From IMG/VR virus record IMGVR_UViG_3300044645_000935: a stretch of DNA of 20,000 nucleotides; one strand, written 5' to 3'. Below the pieces are notes generated by a model. The model searched no databases and was not told where the DNA came from. It was given only the letters and a program-made list of their open reading frames with translations. Below, piece after piece: positions 15,311-20,000 of the stretch (the stretch's first letter is position 1; every line of letters starts with the position of its first letter). The translations under genes and the position numbers were made by a program. The DNA comes from an uncultured virus (IMG/VR IMGVR_UViG_3300044645_000935) (lineage: Duplodnaviria; Heunggongvirae; Uroviricota; Caudoviricetes; Crassvirales).

Positions 15311-15580
15311 TCGACATTTCTGTCACGGTTTATGTCGATTTTTATGTCGATTTTTTTTTCTTAACTTATTGATTATTAATACTTTATTTTTTTTATGTCG
15401 AAAATGTCGATTTTAAAGAGAGAATATAATAGGAAAAAAAATAAAAGGAGGGAAATATATATATAGTAGTATAGGGGGAAAAATGTGTCATTTCCGACAA
15501 TGACTTGATAATCAAGTCATTAATCGACATGAATCCTAAAAACATGGCATTAAAACCGACATGGCTTAAAAAACCGACAT
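15311..15580. repeat. Origin-like region 2: converging ATGTCG iterons, IHF box, AT-rich core
   Basis: ATGTCGA at 15332, 15344, 15395 and 15404; inverted CGACAT at 15312, 15525, 15557 and 15575; TAACTTATTGATT 15362-15374 is a perfect WATCAAnnnnTTR on the minus strand. Confidence 0.7.
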
Positions 15581-15616
15581 TTATTATTGATTGCGTAGCA
15601 ATTAATCCAAAAATCC

Positions 15617-15624
15617 TATATTTG
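15617..15624 (+). promoter_or_regulatory. -7 promoter box upstream of groEL
   Basis: TATATTTG, about 50 nt before the ATG; no well-spaced -33 box. Confidence 0.55.
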
Positions 15625-15674
15625 CATTATACCATCACAAGGGGTGGTATATTGGAAAATCAAAATCAAATCAA

Positions 15675-17303
15675 ATGGTAGAGACATCAGGATTGGGCTA
15701 TTCGCCCAAGGACTTAAAGTTTGGTACTGAAGGCAGGACCAAATTGATTAACGGCATTGTAAAGATGTCGAAGGCTGTAAAGTCAACTCTCGGCCCTTCG
15801 GGTAACACGGTATTAATCGAGAGTGCAAACCACACACATGGTGTTACTGTTACTAAGGATGGCGTTACTGTCGCCAAGTCAATTGACTTGATTGACCCGG
15901 TAGAGAACCTTGCGGTTCGCATGATGAAGGAGGCGGCCGATAAGACTGCTACATCTGCGGGTGATGGTACGACTACTGCAATCGTGCTTACAGAGGGCTT
16001 GGTGCTTGGTGGGCTTGAGCGCATTACTGAGGACATGAACAGGACTGCTGTGTTGAGACACATGGTGGACATCAGTAACAAGGTGGTGGACAACTTAAGA
16101 AAGAAGAGCAAGAAGGTAACGACATCTATGTTAGTAGATGTGGCCGCTATTTCAGCAAACAATGACCGTGAGATTGGTAAGATTATTTCTGATGTATACA
16201 AAGAGGTTGGTAAGAACGGTGTTGTAACTGTAGAGAGAAGCCAAACGAATGAGACATACTCTGAGACCACCAAGGGATTGCAGATTAATAGGGGTTATTT
16301 GAGCCCATTGTTCATCAATGATGCAAAAAAAGACGAGTGTATCTTTGATGATGTGATGGTATTGGTAGCTGACATTGAGATTGCCAACATTTTGCAGATT
16401 GAGAACGTGCTAAAACCAATAATTTCAGAGGGAAAGAAGCTTTTGATTATTTCTCCATGCAATGTGAATGTGATTAACACGCTTGCGGCTAACAGTGTGA
16501 AGGGGAATTTGAAGGTTTGTGCTGTTCCTCCGCCAAATTTCGGATACAAGCAGCATGAATTGATGCAAGATATTGCGTTGAGTGTAGGAGCTACCTACTT
16601 TAGTGAGAAGACGGGTGATGATTTGAGTCGAATCAACTACGGTGACTTGGGTCATGCGGCAAAAGTTATTGTCAGCAAGGACAAAACCATCATTATTCGC
16701 AGTAACGCAAAAGTTGACCAAGGGTCAATTGACGAAAGGGTCAAGCAATTGTGGCAAGCACATGAGCAAGCTACTCGTAAGGCTGACAAAGACTTCATCT
16801 TGGAGCGTATTGCCTCACTTACAGGTGGCATTGGTGTTATTTTTGTAGGTGGTCAGACTGACATTGAGCAGAAAGAGTTGTATGACCGTGTTGATGACGC
16901 TGTGTGTGCGGTTCGTTCAGCTCTTGAGGAGGGTATATTGCCGGGGGCAGGAGTAGCATTGCTTAATGAGAGTGCTGAGATTCCATCTGTTCAGCATCCT
17001 CTTACTCATCCAAGCAAAGAGTATGTCGCTGCAGTAAGCATTGTCACTGAGGCATTGATGGCTCCGTTCCAACAGATACTTGCTAACGCAGGGTTAAAGC
17101 CAAGTGAAGTGTATAAGATGGATATACCTATAGGTTACGGCTACAATGTCAAGACAGGACAGATGGGTGACCTTATTGAGATGGGTGTCATTGACCCGTT
17201 TAAGGTAACACGTAGCGCATTGCAAAACGCTGTCAGCGTGGCAACAACTATTCTATCAACTAACGCCATCATCACAATGGCACGGAGCTATGAGCAACAA
17301 TAA
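15675..17303 (+). CDS. groEL: Chaperonin GroEL (phage-encoded)
   Basis: STLGPSG, VTKDGVTVAKSI, AGDGTTTA, ERIASLTGG, EEGILPGAGVAL, GVIDPFKVTRSALQNAVSVA. Confidence 0.97.
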   Translation: MVETSGLGYSPKDLKFGTEGRTKLINGIVKMSKAVKSTLGPSGNTVLIESANHTHGVTVTKDGVTVAKSIDLIDPVENLAVRMMKEAADKTATSAGDGTTTAIVLTEGLVLGGLERITEDMNRTAVLRHMVDISNKVVDNLRKKSKKVTTSMLVDVAAISANNDREIGKIISDVYKEVGKNGVVTVERSQTNETYSETTKGLQINRGYLSPLFINDAKKDECIFDDVMVLVADIEIANILQIENVLKPIISEGKKLLIISPCNVNVINTLAANSVKGNLKVCAVPPPNFGYKQHELMQDIALSVGATYFSEKTGDDLSRINYGDLGHAAKVIVSKDKTIIIRSNAKVDQGSIDERVKQLWQAHEQATRKADKDFILERIASLTGGIGVIFVGGQTDIEQKELYDRVDDAVCAVRSALEEGILPGAGVALLNESAEIPSVQHPLTHPSKEYVAAVSIVTEALMAPFQQILANAGLKPSEVYKMDIPIGYGYNVKTGQMGDLIEMGVIDPFKVTRSALQNAVSVATTILSTNAIITMARSYEQQ

Positions 17304-17541
17304 TATTCAACAAATAATTGAGATGTATCCTGAAGAGACATTTCTTGTTGCTGATGGTTTTGATGATGCCATCATTGGCATTGACGAGGAGAACGGGAAG
17401 ATTGTGTATGACATTGACAAAGTCATCACAATACTGATGAGGGATGACATGAGCATGGACGAGGCTTATGAATTCTATTACTACAATATTGTTGGCTCTT
17501 ATGTTGGCGACAATACTCCTATCTTTATAAGAACACTATGA
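17290..17541 (+). CDS. Conserved acidic phage hypothetical protein
   Basis: ADGFDDAIIG...EAYEFYYYNIVGSYVGDNTPIF; overlaps both groEL and groES. Confidence 0.8.
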   Translation: MSNNNIQQIIEMYPEETFLVADGFDDAIIGIDEENGKIVYDIDKVITILMRDDMSMDEAYEFYYYNIVGSYVGDNTPIFIRTL

Positions 17542-17795
17542 GACCAATAGGGAAATACATTGTCGTTAGAGACATACAAGAAGAGGTTCGGACCGAGAGT
17601 GGTCTGATACTGTCGGGAGAAGATACCAATCAGCTAAGGTATAAGAGAGCTGAGGTGATAGCCCCGGGTACTGATGTTGATGTGATTGACGAGGGTGATG
17701 AGCTGTACTACGACAAGGCACACAGCTTCACCATGTTGATTGACGATACGCAGTATACGATTATTCAAGAGAGAGATGTAGTAGTGGTGATTTAA
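17538..17795 (+). CDS. groES: Co-chaperonin GroES
   Basis: MRPIGKYIVV, mobile loop RTESGLIL, AEVIAPG, EGD, IIQERDVVVV. Confidence 0.9.
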   Translation: MRPIGKYIVVRDIQEEVRTESGLILSGEDTNQLRYKRAEVIAPGTDVDVIDEGDELYYDKAHSFTMLIDDTQYTIIQERDVVVVI

Positions 17796-18241
17796 TCATC
17801 ACTACTATTCTTTTGCTTCTGCTCTCTGTAGTAGGCATTCATCTGCAGAATCATATTGCGATATACCTTGTCGTTGTATGAGACATTTTTTAAGAACATT
17901 GAGTTGTAGGACAGGCTTGTTGGAATTTCTTCGCCTTCAAGCTTTCTGTAGATGTCCCTAATTACTCGTTTGGCTTTGTCGCTAAGACAGTACAGAGCTT
18001 TCCCATCTGACCCTTTTCTTCTGAAACGCTCGAGCCATGCTCTTCTTAGGAGTGAGTCGAATCGGTCCTTATCCCAACTTACGAGTTCTGAGAAGTAGTC
18101 AAACTTCTCCTTTCCAAAATATCCTTCTGAGTACAGAAATAGCAGTATGTCAAGGTCTGCTTGACTCAGTTCGTGCTTGGCTTTCATGTAATATCTGATT
18201 ACACGCCAAAACTTTAGGTAGTCACTTGGTGTTGATTTCAT
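17792..18241 (-). CDS. Winged-helix (MarR-like) DNA-binding protein
   Basis: LSQADLDILLFL...FDSLLRRAWLER...LYCLSDKAK; start moved to MKSTPSDY (18241). Confidence 0.65.
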   Translation of the reverse strand: MKSTPSDYLKFWRVIRYYMKAKHELSQADLDILLFLYSEGYFGKEKFDYFSELVSWDKDRFDSLLRRAWLERFRRKGSDGKALYCLSDKAKRVIRDIYRKLEGEEIPTSLSYNSMFLKNVSYNDKVYRNMILQMNAYYREQKQKNSSDD

Positions 18242-18255
18242 TAATTTTATTTTAT

Positions 18256-18276
18256 TACATTTGTAAAGCAAAGGTA
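18256..18276. promoter_or_regulatory. Overlapping oppositely oriented -7 promoter boxes
   Basis: TACATTTG (+, 18256-18263) and TACCTTTG (-, 18276-18269). Confidence 0.65.
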
Positions 18277-18289
18277 AAAAATTTATAAT

Positions 18290-18553
18290 ATGGCAGAGCC
18301 TAAGAAGTCCGAGAGCAAAAAGGAAGAAAAGTCTGTTGAGAAAGAACTGAAAAACTTTCGAAACGAACTTGACATGATTACCTTTAAGAATGAGCAAGCT
18401 AAAAGGATTAAGGCTATGCAGGAAGGTAAGGAGAAACTCAAAGAAAAACTTGGCAGTAATCGTAAGAGAAGGATATCTGCATCTACCCGAGTTTCAGGTA
18501 TGGGAAAGTTAGGCGGATTAGCTACATTTAAACAGAAATACAAAGAGTACTAA
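18290..18553 (+). CDS. Lys-rich hypothetical protein
   Basis: 87 aa basic ORF. Confidence 0.75.
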   Translation: MAEPKKSESKKEEKSVEKELKNFRNELDMITFKNEQAKRIKAMQEGKEKLKEKLGSNRKRRISASTRVSGMGKLGGLATFKQKYKEY

Positions 18554-18581
18554 TATTTAAAACTTCAAAACAAAAACAAAA

Positions 18582-18758
18582 ATGAAAAAGGACATTCCAA
18601 ATCTCCCTGCATCTTCCAAGTTGCAACCACCTTCAGGTGGAGGTCCATCAATTAAAAATGCATTGAAGGCAAAGCCTTTGGCTATGTCAGGTGGCGTACC
18701 TTCTAAAGGTGCTAAGTCTGTAGTAGGTAAAAGCAAACCTAAACTAGGAAAGAAATGA
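18582..18758 (+). CDS. Small basic hypothetical protein, 58 aa (MKKDIPNLPASSKLQPPSGGG...)
   Basis: Translated by hand; A-rich leader and ATGA overlap with the next gene. Confidence 0.7.
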   Translation: MKKDIPNLPASSKLQPPSGGGPSIKNALKAKPLAMSGGVPSKGAKSVVGKSKPKLGKK

Positions 18759-19033
18759 TGAAGGGTAAAAATACAGGCGGAACAGGAAGCCGTAGAATCG
18801 ATAGAGCAAAAGGCAAAGTCGAAAAAGCTGAAAAAAAGGCTTCTAAATTAGGAGTAGATTTTATTGGTAAAGAATTTGGAATTAATATTCCTATTAAGCC
18901 AACAAAAACAACTCCTAAAGTAGATAAAGCTCTTTCTAAAATAGACAAGGCTAAAGATAAATTGCAAAATGTTGCAGGCAAAGTAGTGTCTAAAATTGAA
19001 AAGAAAGCTATTAAACAATTAAAAAAGAAGTAA
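18755..19033 (+). CDS. Lys-rich small protein
   Basis: 92 aa with a Gly-rich N-terminus (GKNTGGTG). Confidence 0.75.
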   Translation: MMKGKNTGGTGSRRIDRAKGKVEKAEKKASKLGVDFIGKEFGINIPIKPTKTTPKVDKALSKIDKAKDKLQNVAGKVVSKIEKKAIKQLKKK

Positions 19034-19035
19034 TC

Positions 19036-19242
19036 ATGGCACCAATGTATGGCGGAGGTGGTTCAGGTAAAGCTTCTGATAGAAGAGAAGCTAGAGCTGC
19101 AAAGAAGATTGAAAAGTTAGATACTAGAATAGCTAAGAAAGCTTTGAAATCTTCTAATCCGATTTCTGCACTTGAAAAAGGATTAACCAAGTTTGAAAAG
19201 AAATCTCAAAAAATCACAGACCGTTACAATAAAAAGAAATAA
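19036..19242 (+). CDS. Lys-rich small protein, MAxMYGGGG family copy 1
   Basis: MAPMYGGGGSGK. Confidence 0.8.
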   Translation: MAPMYGGGGSGKASDRREARAAKKIEKLDTRIAKKALKSSNPISALEKGLTKFEKKSQKITDRYNKKK

Positions 19243-19244
19243 TC

Positions 19245-19532
19245 ATGGCAACAATGTATGGTGGCGGAGGCGGCAAGGTCGCTAGAGCCGAAAAAAGAGA
19301 AAATAAAAAAGTAGCAAAGGAAGCAGCAAAAACTGTTAAGTCAGTTGTTAAATCTATGGCTGAAAAACCAAGTAAGTCTTCAAGCACTTCAGGTTCAAAG
19401 CCTATGGTAAGAGACCTATCTTCACTTGACAAGTTTGATAAAAGAATTAAATTGCGTCAGGTCCCAAAAGAAGATAAAGCTTCTGCAAAAGCTTACAATC
19501 AAAGGCTTAAAGAAAAAAGAAAAGGAAAGTAA
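19245..19532 (+). CDS. Lys-rich small protein, MAxMYGGGG family copy 2
   Basis: MATMYGGGGGKVARAEK...RKGK. Confidence 0.8.
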   Translation: MATMYGGGGGKVARAEKRENKKVAKEAAKTVKSVVKSMAEKPSKSSSTSGSKPMVRDLSSLDKFDKRIKLRQVPKEDKASAKAYNQRLKEKRKGK

Positions 19533-19534
19533 TA

Positions 19535-19921
19535 ATGGCAGCAATGTATGGTGGTGGAGGCGGCAAGGCCGCTAGAGCCGAAAAGAAAGAAGCTAAAAAA
19601 GAGCTTAAAGAAACTAGACAGATGATTAAAGCAGTATCTGCAAGAACTCCTGCCGTTAGAAAAGCTGAAAGAGCTATTGATAAAAGAGTTAAAGAAAACA
19701 AAAAAGAAAATAAGTCTTTTATGAAAGCTGCAGAAAAAGAGTATAAGTCATCACTAAAATCATCTCCTAAACCTGCAAAAGAAAAGGGAATCAGCTTGAA
19801 AGAGAGAGCAGATAAAATGGCTGCGAATAAAGGAAGACTAGCTCAACTTGATGTTGTTTCAATTCCTTTGAAGCCTAGTGCTAGAAGAGAGATGATTAAA
19901 AATCAAAGAAAAGGAAAATAA
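19535..19921 (+). CDS. Lys-rich small protein, MAxMYGGGG family copy 3
   Basis: MAAMYGGGGGKAARAEK...RKGK. Confidence 0.8.
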   Translation: MAAMYGGGGGKAARAEKKEAKKELKETRQMIKAVSARTPAVRKAERAIDKRVKENKKENKSFMKAAEKEYKSSLKSSPKPAKEKGISLKERADKMAANKGRLAQLDVVSIPLKPSARREMIKNQRKGK

Positions 19922-19923
19922 TC

Positions 19924-20000
19924 ATGGCAGCAATTAAAAGCAAAGGCCCCGGTGACAAGGTTTCTAGACTTGTAAATAAAGCAGCAAAAGCTGTTGGAAA
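19924..20000 (+). CDS. Lys-rich small protein, partial
   Basis: MAAIKSKGPGDKVSRLVNKAAKAVG..., with the same TAATCATGGC junction. Confidence 0.7.
   Translation, partial: MAAIKSKGPGDKVSRLVNKAAKAVG

Noticed and set aside
15311..15580. CRISPR or mini-CRISPR array
   Set aside because: Repeats are 6-7 nt, in both orientations and irregularly spaced, which fits iterons, not 25-40 nt direct repeats with spacers.
15629..15652. CIRCE operator upstream of groEL
   Set aside because: The inverted repeat ATACCATC...GGTGGTAT does not match TTAGCACTC-N9-GAGTGCTAA; probably a 5' UTR hairpin.
1987..19701. Antisense or nested ORFs in the track (e.g. 1987-2295, 6259-6588, 15698-16273, 18739-18981, 19214-19432)
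   Set aside because: Shadow frames of well-supported genes.
1..20000. Stop-codon reassignment as in some crAss-like phages
   Set aside because: TAA, TAG and TGA all end genes at sensible boundaries, and long genes are intact in the standard code.

Overview
20 kb of a tailed dsDNA phage, probably infecting a Bacteroidota host (TAnnTTTG-type -7 promoter boxes, A-rich translation starts without Shine-Dalgarno). Transcription diverges at a GC-rich non-coding tract (about 13.8-14.2 kb). The leftward arm carries about 30 small early/middle genes, including stand-alone RNAP alpha-CTD and DnaA C-terminal-domain proteins. These are followed by a Sak recombinase, RecE-like exonuclease, putative SSB, primase-helicase and an SF2 helicase that appears to have lost motif III and shifted frame. 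The rightward arm carries an amidase endolysin, groEL-X-groES, an antisense winged-helix gene and a tandem array of Lys-rich small proteins, three of which share an MAxMYGGGG N-terminus. The most interesting layer is non-coding RNA in the leftward transcript: a type III hammerhead ribozyme (9751-9799), three intergenic tRNA-minihelix-like elements (two with full stem covariation), a tRNA-like RNA with no normal anticodon arm, and a T4 gene-32-style pseudoknot ahead of the putative ssb. Together these suggest RNA-based processing and regulation of the early transcript. There are also two iteron/IHF origin-like regions with the same layout and a candidate anti-leader sRNA. All calls come from reading the sequence by eye; no searches were run.
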